In this document: positions 1 through 12,526 of the stretch, piece by piece | How the letters are laid out: every line of letters begins with the position of its first letter | Numbering within the stretch: position 1 is the stretch's first letter | Assembly: GCA_049999805.1 (NCBI GenBank) | Contig: JBNGIO010005938.1 | Location: 72,434 to 112,555 of the forward strand | Direction of reading: 5' to 3' | DNA from: Folioceros fuciformis | Lineage: Eukaryota | DNA: 40,122 nucleotides | The notes under the pieces: model-generated | The model's database searches: none | What the model was told of the DNA's origin: nothing | The model's input: the letters and a program-made list of their open reading frames with translations, nothing else | Made by a program: the position numbers and the translations under genes

Positions 1-1276
1 GAGAGCAAGATTGAGGATACGGCTCGGCTGTTTGAGAGATTCAAGGCGCTGCTGGCGGCGGGGGATTATATTCAGGCGGAGTCCGTGCTTCTTCAGCTCA
101 AGGTACAGGCAGGCGTGCTGGACGCCTTGTTGCGGTGTGAGAATTGGTGGGAGGACGGGATTCCGACTGCTTGCTCGTGTCTTTGCAGGTGAATTTGACG
201 GAATTTCTGGCTCTGCCTCCACTGTATCACCAGACGCCGACGGCGGTTCAGGAGCTAGTTTTAGCACGTAAGTGTCTGCCAAAATGCTTGTGGCGCGTGC
301 ATGTTGAGGCTTGGGATGGGAGTAGGGAGGGCGTGATGTAGGACTTGACTGTGTGTTTTATGCCCTGGTCGAAACCTGCAGGTGACATTTTTGAGCACGC
401 AGTGGTGTTAAGTGTGAAGACTGAAGATCAAGACACCTTCGAGCGTCATTTCCTTCAGCTCAAGTCATTCTACACGGACTCTAGGTACCTGCTGCTGCTG
501 GCATGAATGTGGTAGGTGTAGGGTGTGTGAGGAGTTGGCACCTAAGTTGCAACGCACGGTCTTGGTGTGCAGAGACATCATCCCACCCTCACCTCAGGAG
601 TACCCTATGCTAGGGCTGAACCTGCTGCGGCTGTTGGTTCAAAACCGAATCGGTGAATTTCACACGGAGCTCGAGCTACTTTCACCTGAGGCCTACGAAA
701 ACCCCTGCATCAAGCATGCCGTTGAGCTGGAGCAGTCTTTCATGGAAGGGGCCTACTTCAGGGTATTGAGCGCCCGGAAAAGTGTCCCCATCGAGACATA
801 TTGCTACTTCATGGACCTTCTTGCAAAGACAGTCAGGTGACAGTTCTAGCCTCAGCTCCAACTTGCACTCCTCCCTTGTCAGACTGTGTGCATTTATTTA
901 CGTCTTGGTTATCGTCCTTCGTGCAATCAGGGATGAAATCGCCGGCTGCAGTGAGAAGGCCTACGACTTCCTCACACTACAAGATGCCAAGAAGGTATTG
1001 ATGTTTTCCGCCGACAAGGATTTGGTGGATTACGTGACTCAGGTGCATTTCCGCGTCCAGAACCACCCTTGCTTCTACTCTCTGCGATGCCGGAGTGTAC
1101 AAGAGACATATCGCGTTGCATTTTTCTCCTGGCAGGAGCGTCCGGACTGGGAGCTGCGAAACGGTGCTGTGTATTTCCAGAAGAGCAAGGAGACGCCTCC
1201 CTTCAAAGAAATCCCGTCCTTGCAGCTTATCAATCAGACCTTAGGCTACGCTCGGGAGCTGGAGCGCATAGTATAA
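1..1276 (+). CDS. RPN12: 26S proteasome non-ATPase regulatory subunit 8 (RPN12), 5'-partial
   Basis: Six exons (1-102, 189-267, 382-484, 573-836, 931-1042, 1136-1276) join through in-phase GT-AG introns. Translation: ESKIEDTARLFERFK...GLNLLRLLVQNRIGEFHTELELL...ELEQSFMEGAY...IPSLQLINQTLGYARELERIV*, which are RPN12 hallmark motifs. The ATG lies just outside the window. Confidence 0.96.
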
Positions 1277-1574
1277 GCATAGAAGGCAGACTTTGATTTA
1301 TTTAACGCTATTAGCATCTACTAAATGATTTCAACCGGGAAATAAAACGTACCTACGGATTGGGTACCGATAACCAGGAAAGGGAGCTCACTACATATGT
1401 TGATCTCTGGCTAGGAGATATTTCTAGGGCTAGTCATGCAAGGGGAACAACCGGTTTAATAGTGTCAAGCCGGCGGGAAACAGGTGGAAGGAGAGGCGGC
1501 GAAGGAAGGCGAGGGGCTGGGGCCAACCCACCCGCTTTTCAACAGACGCAAGGAGCAAGCAAGCTGGGAGAGTG

Positions 1575-4500
1575 ATGGCGGCCACGCAGCAGCAGGGCCT
1601 GGCCTTGCCCAGCGTGGCCGTGCCGGCGGCGTCCCGGCGAGTTCAATTCCATCCCGCGGGCCAGGGCCACATGCACCAGGCCAATGCCAATGGGGGAGGC
1701 GATGCCGCCGCTGCTAGCGCCGCCGCCAGCAGCAGCAACGCGTCTCGGGGTGCGCACGATTCTGCAGTGCAGGACGGGGACCAGCCTCCTCTGCCGCTTT
1801 CCTGGACCGCCCCCAGCAAAGTGGTAGGTGTCGAGGTCCTTTTTTTCAAGCTGGCTACGGGGGATCTCGCGTCCCGCTCTCGATTCCTGCGTGCCATTGG
1901 ATTCTGCATCCTGCCTGCCGCCCGCATTTGCACCAGCTCTGTCTCCCTCTGTGAGATCCGGGAATGAATCTCTCCCTGCATCTTAGTAATTGTTGCTGCC
2001 TGCGGGATTGGCCGTTCCGGTCCTGGTCCTGGATTGCGGTGGCATCGGCGTGGTGGGGACCGGAGCAGTCTGGTATCTGTGTCTGCCTCTGCAGAGCGCA
2101 GGGTGGGACGTTTTTTGTTGCCCCTGCTAGCGCTCTAGGTTCTGGTTTTGCTGTCGGGATGCGCGCGCCTGCCTTGCTTCCCACCACCCTCGCCTCCGAT
2201 TGATCCATCGGAAGAGGTGGCGTTCGCTTTTACTTTCATGCGCCGCTTAGGGCTGAGCCCGGTCAGGATTGCTTGCCGGAGAACGTTTGGGAGGTTTGTC
2301 GGAGCCAATGCCGATGCCTCAATGCTGGTGTGTCGTGTCAAGTCGAGTCCTGTTATGTCGTATAGCGCTGCGGGAAGCTTGGGCGCATTCCTGGAGGCTG
2401 TGTGAAGCGTTGACTTGCAAGCTTTCCGGCTGTCGGCATCTGATCCGTTAGTGGCGTGCAGGGAGCAGGGTTGTCGAATCTGGGAAATACTTGTTTTCTG
2501 AATTCCGTCCTCCAGTGTTTAACTTACACCCCTCCCCTTGCTGGTTATCTGCAAAGTGGACACCATAAAGTCTCCTGTAAGTTGCCTCCAGTGATTACAG
2601 CCTGTGATTGGCATGCGAGGCTTGCTCACTTGATGGCAAGGATTTTAGTCATGTGCTAACAGAAGCGTTACATGCAGGCCGTGTTCCTGGATTCTGTGCA
2701 ATGTGCAGCCTCGAGGAGCATGTGCGCAATGCGCTGGTGAATTCCGGCAAGAGCATTGCGCCATCGAATCTCGTGAAGAATCTGCGTTGTATGCTGCTGC
2801 CCTTTGCTTGCTTTTACTGCCCTTCACATTTCAATCTACACGACCCCAGTGGAAAAGTAGTAACTCCTAACAATGCTGGCTTCCTGACTGATTGAAGCTA
2901 TTTCAAGGACTTTCCGCATGTGGCGTCAGGAGGATGCCCACGAGTATATGCGGTGCCTTATAGAAGCTTTGCAGAAATGCTCTCTCCCTGCTCACGTCAC
3001 CAACTCAGCCTCTGCGGCTGAGCAGGAGAAAAGTTTTGTGTTCAAGATCTTTGGCGGCCGTCTGAGGAGTCAGGTAATGGGGGTTCTGACTTGGTGATCA
3101 CCTAACTAAGCCTTTGGAAGAGCCATGGTTGTTGAAAGTTTCTTATGGAACTGTGTTTCTTGTCTCAGGTGAAGTGTACAGTTTGCTTACACTGCTCCAA
3201 CACGCATGACCCCTTTCTGGACCTAAGTCTCGAGATTGTTCGAGCAGATTCCTTGACCAAGGCATTATCCCGGTTCACTGCAGTGGAGGAGCTAGATGGA
3301 GAGAACAAATATCGTTGTGGGCATTGCAAGAAGAAAGTCCGGGCCCTGAAAAATTTTACAATTGATTCTGCTCCAAATGTGCTCACTATACAGTTCAAGC
3401 GATTTTCCAGTACACCTGGCAGATTCGGGAAAATTGACAAGAAAGTGGAATTTGGACAGACGCTTGACCTCAAGCCCTATATGAGCAGTGGGAAGGTACA
3501 TGGATGCGCCTTTTCAGTATAAATTGCACATGCCTTCTCTTCTGCAGTGTCACTCATCATCTGCTTGTGCCGATATTGTCTGTCATGCTTGTAGCAGGAG
3601 GGTGATGTTATGTACTCATTATACGGTGTGTTGGTCCATTCTGGTGGTTCCACGCACTCGGGGCACTACTACAGTTTTGTGAAGACGTCAACTGGGATCT
3701 GGCATGTTCTCGATGACAGCCGGGTATGCTTCCAACGAGGATGGCCACCAATGGTTATTTCCTGATTGCGATGGATGGTCATGTCCCAGGTTCTGACAAA
3801 TCGTTTCTTGCCAGGTGAGGCAAGTGAGTGAAAATACAGTCATGGAACAAAAGGCCTATATGTTGTTCTATATCAAAAACGCAAGATCAACTGCGTCTAC
3901 TGTTCCTGGGCTCAAAGGTTTGTCCAAAAGCACAGGACCTGGACAGATGCAGGGAGTAGGACAGTCAAGCAAGGATGTAGAACCAGATGGTAAGTTACAT
4001 GTGGATAATTTTGCTGAAGGCAGCTCAGTATGCCCCACTGTTGATAATGCAAGTCGCCTGGACACATCCATGCCACCCCCAAAGACTGCACCCGACTTGA
4101 AGAGAGCCTCTGTTGTGGAAAGCACCGCGTGCCTGGGGGCACTCTCTGCCTCGACAGTGCCGCTTTCTGCTATGGAGCTGGATGCTCTTTCGGTGGCCAA
4201 GGTTTCTGAGCAGGAAGGATCTGATTGTTTGCCCGCAATTGTCTCCTCTATGCCAGCACCACCCTCACCGTCTCAGCGGGAAGAACCAAAGTCTGTGCAA
4301 GCAGGTGATAACAATAAAGGGAGTGTTGTGTCAGCACCAGTCAAAATCAATGGGCCAGCTACTTCTAGTGTGACTCAAAAGGTGTGGCACTACCCTGTCA
4401 TTTCTCTTCTGTTGAGCCAGTATTTATCAGTCTCTAATCCCATCTGCCTGATTCAGGGACTACCGAGGGGAGATGAAGATGGCACCCCCACACTGCCCAC

Positions 4501-5852
4501 CACAGTTTCAGGAGATGTTCGCAGCGAAGATACACCGGGCAACCTAGCAAGCTTAGATCAGGTGGAACCTCTGGAGGAATCACAGCAACTAGGGTCAGAA
4601 GAATGCAGTACAAGCGGATATGAGGAGGACGAGTATCTTATTGATCATCAGCTGAGGCCTTCTCACAACTACCGCCAACTGCTTCTGGTGAACCCATCAA
4701 CTAGAAGGTTCTACATGGCCAGGAAAATCCCACATCGAGCAAGGAAGAGAACACCGGATGCTGACTTTGTCATGGAGGACGTGTCTGAAGGTGAGAGGGT
4801 TGGTGTAGAGGCATCAGCGAATAATGTGATCAGAGACAGCACGAGTGGCAATCCGCCTCTTGCTGATGGTGAAGGCAGAGAAGATCCTGAAGGCTGCCGA
4901 AATCACTGTATTTTTGGAGCTGTTGAAGGTTGTGTTTTGTGCTTGGAAACCCTGGGTGAACGTTGAAGTCTTGGCGTCTCGCACACATGGTTGTAATTCT
5001 GCAGCACTGAGTTGTATGTTTCCATTCTTACCAGATATTGGCGTGGACGGTGCTCCTGTAATTAGTGGTGGCCAAAATGGATCAGTATTGGAAATTGATT
5101 GCAGTAGACTGGATTCTGGTGCAACGTTGGAGGTCAAGAGTAGTTGCGTCGAAGAGGGGAAGATGGTTTCTGAGCAGAAAGGGGAGTCGAAGTTGTGTGC
5201 ACGGGTAGAAGCTGCTCAAGCAAAGAGACCAAGCTGCCCTTCGGATGTCAAGTCTGAGCCAGTGAAGGAGGGTTCAAGAACAGAGTTGAACCTCTCATCG
5301 GGCCAGAAGAACCAGCTTTACGGTTGTGAAGGTAACAGGAACGACAACGTCTGCATCTATGCATTGCTGTTGCATGCTGGTTGATGGTGTGTGCCAGGGC
5401 CTGATTTAGGATACTCGTTTCTGTTGGTCAGATAGTTTGACGTAGTCACACTAGTTTTCCTTTTGATGTGAAGATCCCACCATCGCTGACTGTTTGTGAT
5501 GGATGGGTGTTTAGTACCTCGCTGGAATGAGAGCGACGCAACAGGAATGCGCATTGATGCATTGCTGTCGTCTCACCACAAGCCTGTTCAGAAAAGATTA
5601 GATGAATGGTATGTCTGTTTACCGCAGGTGGCGTGCTTTCTTAAAGCTTTGCTCTTGGTGGATTCTCGGAATAGTGTGGTAACCGTGTACGGCCCTCCTC
5701 GTGCTCATGGCTGCAGGGATGAAGAGTATGATCGAGGAAGAGTGAAGAAGATCCGGAAGCGCGCCGACCGTGCAGATACAGCTGATGAGCTGCGAGATAG
5801 GCCCTCTTCGGCCAGTCCCTTTCATGAAGCTGCTGCATCTCGACGACACTAA
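1575..5852 (+). CDS. UBP23: Ubiquitin-specific protease, peptidase C19 (UBP23 / USP36-42-like)
   Basis: Cys box [23 protein letters not shown] (exon 2462-2576), RQEDAHEY, His box [15 protein letters not shown] (exon 3598-3723), AYMLFY, and C-terminal (W)[13 protein letters not shown]. Exon 1 is 1575-1823. Exon boundaries in the low-complexity C-terminal half are less certain. Confidence 0.88.
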
Positions 5853-6280
5853 GAGGATATTGAGGTGCTTGTTTGCCGAGGGTTCGTCGTCTGGTCGGCA
5901 GTACTCGTAAGAGACGCCTTCGGTGCTCTGAGCATTATCAGTGTGCGAACCGCACTGTACTGACCAATGTCTGTCTATTGAGTTGTAGGATTCAGACTCC
6001 CTTTGGCTTGTTATTAAGGCAGTAGTAAGGATTGTTCCAATTTCTTTCAAGGCAGATTCGGTTCGCGTCCATCTATTCCGGACAGGACCTAGGTATAGAT
6101 AGGTACGGGGTGCGTGCGATGAGTAGGATTTGTGAAAACGAGAGGAACATCAGAGAACATAATCTGGACATGGCCAAGAGTAGAAGAAGCGGGATCAGTC
6201 GTCCCTAGGCACAACATCACGGCCGTCTGCGGCTGGCAGCCAAAATCTCAATCACTATTCACAGTCAGTACTTCTAGCTT

Positions 6281-6326
6281 GTCTAAGCAACCCTTGCTCG
6301 TCTAAGCAACCCTGACTCGTCTAAGC
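6281..6326. repeat. 19-bp tandem repeat (GTCTAAGCAACCCTkrCTC) x2.4
   Basis: gtctaagcaacccttgctc / gtctaagcaaccctgactc / gtctaagc read directly at the left edge of the AT-rich island. Confidence 0.85.
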
Positions 6327-6834
6327 TATCGTTCCACATTTATAGATGGGAATACATTCTTTTTTGTTCGCTTTGTTGTTTCAGAGATAGGACATATGTA
6401 TAACATTTTTATTGTCCAACACTGTTTGATCCACAAGGCATTATTTTCAGTCGAAATATTATATTTTATATTTTGAAAGAACTTATCAATTATCAAGTGG
6501 AATCAGCAAATAAATTTATTTTTTATTTCTTTCTTTCTTTATTATTCACGTTAGATGATGCTCTATATTTATTTAATAAGAGTTTGAATCCTGTCTTTTT
6601 TATGTTAAGTCAGAGAATGATCATATTATTTCTACTAATTTGGATCCTTGTCTTTGAGCATTCTAATGAACATTTCCCCTTCAACATGATGAATAGCTAT
6701 CTCAATTATCTCGAGTTCCTGCCCCTCAAATGGACATGCCTCGACTATCTAAATGTTTATGTATTCCTTTTTTACAACAACTTAAGTCTTATGAGATAGA
6801 GGATTCTATTCCTTTTCTTTCCACTGCTTTACTC

Positions 6835-7345
6835 GAGCCATAATCTATTGTTGAGACTAGGGCCTTTTCTGACTAGCCACTGTGGAAGAAAGCTTCACAA
6901 GATGAGTGAGATTCTTTACTACAGAATAATACAATACGTGGGATTCTCTTCCACTTCCTTTGGGTCAGAAACTAGTTTGCTGCAAATGGGTTCTCAAAAT
7001 CAAATATAATGTTGAAGGGCCTATAGAATACTATGAAGCCAGATTGGTTACCTAAGGCTATTCACAAGTTGAGTATATTAATTACAAGCAGACTATTTCA
7101 CCAAGTATCAAACTTCTATATGCTCGGATCTTTCTTGCCCTTGTTGTTTATTACAATCTTAAGATGTGTCACATGGATGTTAAGACTACTTTCCTAAAAG
7201 TGAGTTGGATGAGGAAATATATATGGAACAACATCCACTGTTCAACAATACTATGTGACAATCTCTACAACTAGGTTTGGTTTGTCAGTTACGAAAGAGT
7301 ATATATGGCTTAAAGCAAGCTTCTCGTGCATGGAACTTGAAATTA
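6835..7345 (+). mobile_element. Degenerate Ty1/Copia reverse transcriptase (RVT_2) fragment
   Basis: Manual translation across stops and frameshifts gives CKWVLKIKYNVEGPIEYYEARLVT*GYSQ, HMDVKTTFL, LDEEIYMEQ and VCQLRKSIYGLKQASRAWN, all canonical Copia RT motifs. No LTRs were recognised. Confidence 0.93.
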
Positions 7346-7736
7346 TGAAACAAAAATGGTAAAGAATGCATGGATTTTTAGATAAAAAGTTGGCAAGGAT
7401 GTAGTCACATCTCTTCCCAAACTTACCCTACAATGCATATGACAATACTTTACTAGAGCCTTTACAATTGTTGAAAACCATTTTTCAAATCTTTTCAAAC
7501 TATGTAGTATAACACAGGCCCATCTAGTTTTGATGTTTAGCATGAATAAAAGGCCATATTGCATGATGTACTTCAAATAAAGTGCGTTCGCTTGTCAGCA
7601 CTTTCAAGTCCTGCATTTTTTTGCATCTTCTGCTGACTTGGATTATAGGAGGGCGTTGGGTCGTGCAACAACATTTAGGAGCAAGATTCCAAAATCAAAC
7701 GAAGGAAACAACAAGAAAGCTTAGGATAGATAATGG

Positions 7737-7874
7737 AAGTATGTCCATTGTTGTATGCAACATCTTGACCACGATTCCGATTCCCACTGTATGGTTATCA
7801 ACCAAATAATGTAAGTATGTCCATTGTTGCATGCAATATCGTAACCACGATTCCCATTGAATGGTTATCAACCA
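7737..7874. repeat. Imperfect direct duplication, ~76-bp period
   Basis: aagtatgtccattgttgtatgcaacatcttgaccacgattcc...atggttatcaacca is repeated as aagtatgtccattgttgcatgcaatatcgtaaccacgattcc...atggttatcaacca. Confidence 0.85.
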
Positions 7875-9500
7875 CAATTCGTGTCGAAGGGTTGGGAAAA
7901 CGACTTTGCCTTCAGGCACTTACATCCGCTTGCCCACTTCTCAAATCCACAACTAGATCACATGATCAAGAACACATCGGCTTAACGTACACGGCAATTG
8001 GATTTCCAACAAGAGAATGCGCCTCCATACGGATGCAAAACTGTATGTGATACCTTGGTGTCCATATCAGTCTTCCATAGGCTAGCCCTCCTTGGCTTCT
8101 TAGTTGGTCCTTAGGAGTAGATCAGAATGAGAAGTTTGCAAATGGAAGTGCTATAAAATGTTCTCAAGATACTTATCATGGGAGAGCCACATAAGATGAT
8201 GGATACCAAGAACATAATCGAAAGCACCAAGAGACTTTATAAATAATGTAGACACCAATATAAAGGTATGAATCTTGTTGACACAAGGTTTACAAACTAG
8301 TATCAACAACACTCCAAGTATGTAATTAATTAGCCACATATTAAATGCATTTGAAGGACACTATCTAGAGGAAGTGATACTGCCTTCAAATGGAAACAGA
8401 GGTAGACGACGTTGGTGTCCAAGTCGAAGGTTAAGAAAGCACATTAACAAACTATACGTTGCCGATTCATGCATTCTTGCATACATGTTTGAGCTTACTC
8501 AAAAAACAACAGCTTCATGCGCAGACTAGGAACGTCATCCGCAAAAACTTGTATGCCATACACAATGTCCAAGTCACACTTGCAGGAAACAATGTTGAAC
8601 TAGAAACAAATGAATAGGTAGCTGAGATAGATTTGAGTTTTGACAATAACATTTGTAAGAAATTGTAGTCCTTTCTTTGTGTTGCCGAGTGCGAGATGAA
8701 GTATGTTGCCCTTGTCACATGGCACGCGAGATGAGGTATGTTAATGACAACTTGTAAAGCTGAAGTCATGTTCGATGTTTGCTGCATAGGCTCTACAAAA
8801 TTAAGGTTGTTTGCCTCTAGAGTTCTCTCTAAGTGCAGCAACTTGTATGATGAGCAATGGGAAAGTTTCAGATCGTATGTAGTCAATTTTCCTACTCTTG
8901 TGGGAGGTTAGCAATGTGCCCAAACTGGGTGAAATCGTTTGCACTCGTTTGCATGGGAAAACTAAATAGCCAGGGAGCTGCGATCCTTAGCCTTTGAGGT
9001 TGTGGACCTCCAAGTTCTCCTCATCACCATCATCTTCTTCGGGTTCAACAGCATCGCCTTTGATAGTTACACCATCACCTTGGCCAGGCACATTCCCAAA
9101 TGCCAGTATACTATCGTCATATATTTCAATTTCTTCCTTTTGCCAACATTGCATATGCGTCAGCAGATCGCTTGTTCCGTTTCCTGAGATGTGTGCCGAC
9201 CAATCTGCACCAGCACCACATCAAAACCACAAACTCTTATTACATCCATTCGTTAGACATAATATAATTTTATATGTATTCAGATTTTACTTACTAAATC
9301 AAGGAGTTGGGAAGAAAACCGTCTAGACCCATTCGACATTGTTAACGTAAAATGACGTCTAAGGGTTCGGCCTAAGCATGGTGGCTGCCTCTGCGGTAGG
9401 GATCCACGTGCTTGCGGGTGCAAATACTTGATCACGACGAGAGGCTTGTGACTCCTGCACTGATCGGGCAGTTGAAACGAGGTCGGGATGAGATGAGACG

Positions 9501-9952
9501 ATGAAGCAGGTGGCCAGGTTGGGATTTGTGTTTACCCTGGCGGCTGCTCTCTGGTTGACGTTGTTGCTCGCCTCGAATCCCTCGTCGGCGCTTCACCTCG
9601 TCCTGTCCTACGTAGCGCCCTGTCCTCCTCCTCGTGCATTGAGTAGGGTTCGTGCGTTTCAGTCCACTGAAATCTGATATCCACGTCACTGTGGAATGCC
9701 AGTTTCCGGTTTATGCCTTGGTGGCGCTAGGATCGTATGGGCTTGGCATGGTCGGGTATGGTTTGATGGTCTTTCCTACGTGCCCGGAAGAGGCTCAGCT
9801 GCTTCAAAAGGTAGGCCATGGTGGTTTATGCTGCTCCGATTCCTTGACGGTGAAACAAACCTCACACATCTGTGGGATCCTCGCAGGACATAGCAGAAGC
9901 TCAGAAGTTCCTTTCCCGGAATGGTCTAGATATTTTCAAACCAAGCAGCTAG
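9501..9952 (+). CDS. DPM3: Dolichol-phosphate mannosyltransferase subunit 3
   Basis: Exons 9501-9611, 9703-9810 and 9887-9952 (phase-0 GT-AG introns) encode MKQVARLGFVFTLAAALWLTLLL...FPVYALVALGSYGLGMVGYGLMVFPTCPEEAQLLQKDIAEAQKFLSRNG.... Two TM helices plus the FPTCPEE...DIAEA motif are typical of DPM3. Confidence 0.95.
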
Positions 9953-10098
9953 GTGACTGCCGAGCTTGTGGTTGTGATAATTTGGTGCTGAGTCTATCCT
10001 GTCTCTCTCATCTGCAGAGGTGGTAGCTGATTCTCGACAGGATTTTATTTGGCAGGTTTTTTTCACTAAAGGGCTTGTTGAAAGGTCATCAGGAGAAC

Positions 10099-10447
10099 AT
10101 GGATCGCTCAAAGGACCGTCTTATTCGGAACATCACTTGGTTTGTGACTGCCGTTTCTGCTGGCTGCCTGCTCGCCTCGGATTTTGGCTCTCGTCCACAT
10201 GCTTTTTCTTCGGTATGTTGCGTAGTCAGCGCTTTACACTTCGAATCAGGTGGAGGAGTGCTGGCGATTTACAGGTGAATGTGTATGTGCCTCTCAGATT
10301 CAAAAGGAGATCCCTAACGCATTTGCGAGTGTCAAGGCATGGTTTTTGACGCCTAGCAAGGAGGATCTGGAGGAATTGCGGCGAAGGGGATATGCAGTGC
10401 TCTGCGACAAACTCCCATCAGATGATGGCATTGACAGCCAAACATAG
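10099..10447 (+). CDS. Small (87 aa) single-pass membrane protein of unknown function, downstream of DPM3
   Basis: Exons 10099-10212 and 10298-10447 join through an 85-bp phase-0 intron (GTATGT...CTCTCAG). Translation: MDRSKDRLIRNITWFVTAVSAGCLLASDFGSRPHAFSS|IQKEIPNAFASVKAWFLTPSKEDLEELRRRGYAVLCDKLPSDDGIDSQT*. Confidence 0.75.
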
Positions 10448-10798
10448 GGTCATTGTTCTGTGTAGGACGATTTTACGGTTTGTCAACGTACGACGACGGA
10501 GAGTAGGTCTTTACGTCATTCCTGAAACGTTGCCGGTTTCGCCGTTGGCTCCTCAGATAGAGCCTGCGTAGAAGCTCTTCGCTCAAGTCACAAGTAGCTG
10601 GGGTCGCCGATATTTTTACTTCGTTTTAGCGAGTAACCAGCATTATCCGAAATTTGTATTTCCAAGAAAGAAATGGCTGAGGCAAGTTGCAACCACTGAA
10701 CGAACTTACACATGCAGGCAATCTCGTGAACGTGCACGTTTACATATGCCAGGACGCGAGTGTATCGCAAAACTGACTGCACCCACGACCTAGAAGGC

Positions 10799-12283
10799 CT
10801 AGACTGTGTCATCGAACTTGATTTTCTTTGGAGCTGGCGGTATCTGGGAAACCTGTCACACAAAACATCCGATTCCTCGAGTAAGCAGCAGTTTGTAAAT
10901 GATACCCAACCGAGGATCCAAACACAGGACCATTCCTACAACTGCCTCTCAATATCCAGAATGAAGCAAAGCAGCCTTACAATGGAAGGAAACTCGTAGT
11001 CGATGCCAGATGCTTCAAACCTCTTTTTCCTTCGCCTTTCCGTTCTCGCCATTTTTCTCAGTGAGAGTTTCTGCTCGCGGAGTGTCCTAACCTGCTCCAC
11101 AACGAACGCCATCATTCGCAGGCAACAATCTACCAATGCGCCATACGGCTATTCCACCCACACACGTCACAAACAGGGGGTGGGGAGCACCTTATCATGT
11201 TCTCGACGTGCAATTGCTTGAAATGGCCTGCGTCTGAATCTTTTATTGGCACCCACCCACCTGTTCATCTAAAATAGTTAGGCACAGCCAAGAGCTAGTA
11301 ATGAAGTGAGTCTGAAAGCACCACCTAAAATCAAGAAGAAGACGGCGAGCACACGAAATCCACAATGTTGCTTTTGCAGGAACCTCACAATTTGCAGTGA
11401 ATACTGTCTGATGGAACGAGTTTCACTTGTAACATGGACTCAAACAGCAGATAGTTGTGCATGCTTTCTGCAACAATTGCAGCTACCTGAAAAGAGCCAA
11501 CAGGTGCTTGTCTCGTTGATTATCTGCACTGCCTTGGAAAAACATCAAAATCCCACCACCAAATCAATTATGCCCCAACAACAGACACCACATACCTCAG
11601 GAGATTCAAACTCAATGAATCCATAATGTTTTGACTTGCCTGTCTGTATGAACAGAAGAAACCATTAGCCCATGATAAATGTCCGGACTGGCAGCTAGAC
11701 CGCAGAGAAAGGGAGTAACCTCTGCAACTGATCAATGACTCTGAGCATGAGAGTTACTTCCTAACAGAATCTATTCATACACAGGCCACCACCTGACCGG
11801 CAACCACAAGCTTAACTAGCAGATCTTAACCTTCTTATTCCGTGAGATGCGAAGCCGAGTGATCGTTCCAAATTGACCAAAAAAACCTAAAAAGCCCAGA
11901 CCATTGATCAGACCTTCTGATGACGCTCAAAATCTACACGCAGAGCAGAGTAAAAGAAGGGAGCACGGAAGCACAAACCGCGTAACTGCTCCTCGTAGAA
12001 ACCATGCGGTATCCTCCCGACATAAATCACATTCGATGTGATAGCAGACACAGAAGCATCTTCAGCTGCAGATGCCGCGACCTTAGACCTCGAACCTATC
12101 TTCCTTGCACGCTTCAGCGCAGCCTTGTCATTGGATGTGTCCAAGGGCTGGAAGGATAGGAATGCTCGATTGTCAGCTCAAAAAGATAAAGACTTGCTTA
12201 CACCACATCACACAGATGACACGGACCATAAAATTCCCCGAGAAGAATTTCGCCTCTGCCGGCTCCATCTCCAGCACCTCCAT
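10799..12283 (-). CDS. NIFK / Nop15-like nucleolar RRM protein (60S biogenesis)
   Basis: Spliced exons give VIYVGRIPHGFYEEQLR|GFFGQFGTITRLRISRNKK|TGKSKHYGFIEFESPE|VAAIVAESMHNYLLFESMLQVK...RRKKRFEASGIDYEFP...PKKIKFDDTV*. The first donor after ATG 12283 is ambiguous (GT after 2 codons or GC after 10 codons; both keep frame). Confidence 0.92.
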
Positions 12284-12291
12284 CGTGTGCA

Positions 12292-12520
12292 AATCGGAGC
12301 TACTTCCGACGCAACACGACCGCGCAATCGTCGCTCTGTCAACACCTTGCCTTCTCGCGAGCCGAACCCTAACCTAGGGTTAGCTGACATTTACTTTCAT
12401 ATTCTCACCAGCTTTGAATATAATCGAATAGAACCAAGGTGGTCCATTAATTCCGAGAAAGCAAGTTTCAATACTTACTATATATGTGCACGTACGTATG
12501 CTTATCGTAACAAAGTTGTG
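12292..12520 (-). promoter_or_regulatory. NIFK-like promoter/5' leader with telo-box-like motifs; copy A of a ~230-bp inverted repeat
   Basis: Lies directly upstream of ATG 12283 and contains GAACCCTAACCTAGGGTTAG. Aligns with the reverse complement of 16616-16850. Confidence 0.8.
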
Positions 12521-12526
12521 AACAAT

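Noticed and set aside
1824-2461. Unusually long first intron of the UBP gene as an ncRNA or ORF host
   Set aside because: No snoRNA box architecture or convincing ORF was found; long first introns are common.
6473-6799. 108-aa hydrophobic ORF
   Set aside because: Non-ATG start and Phe/Leu/Asn bias expected from AT-rich TE-derived DNA; no motif.
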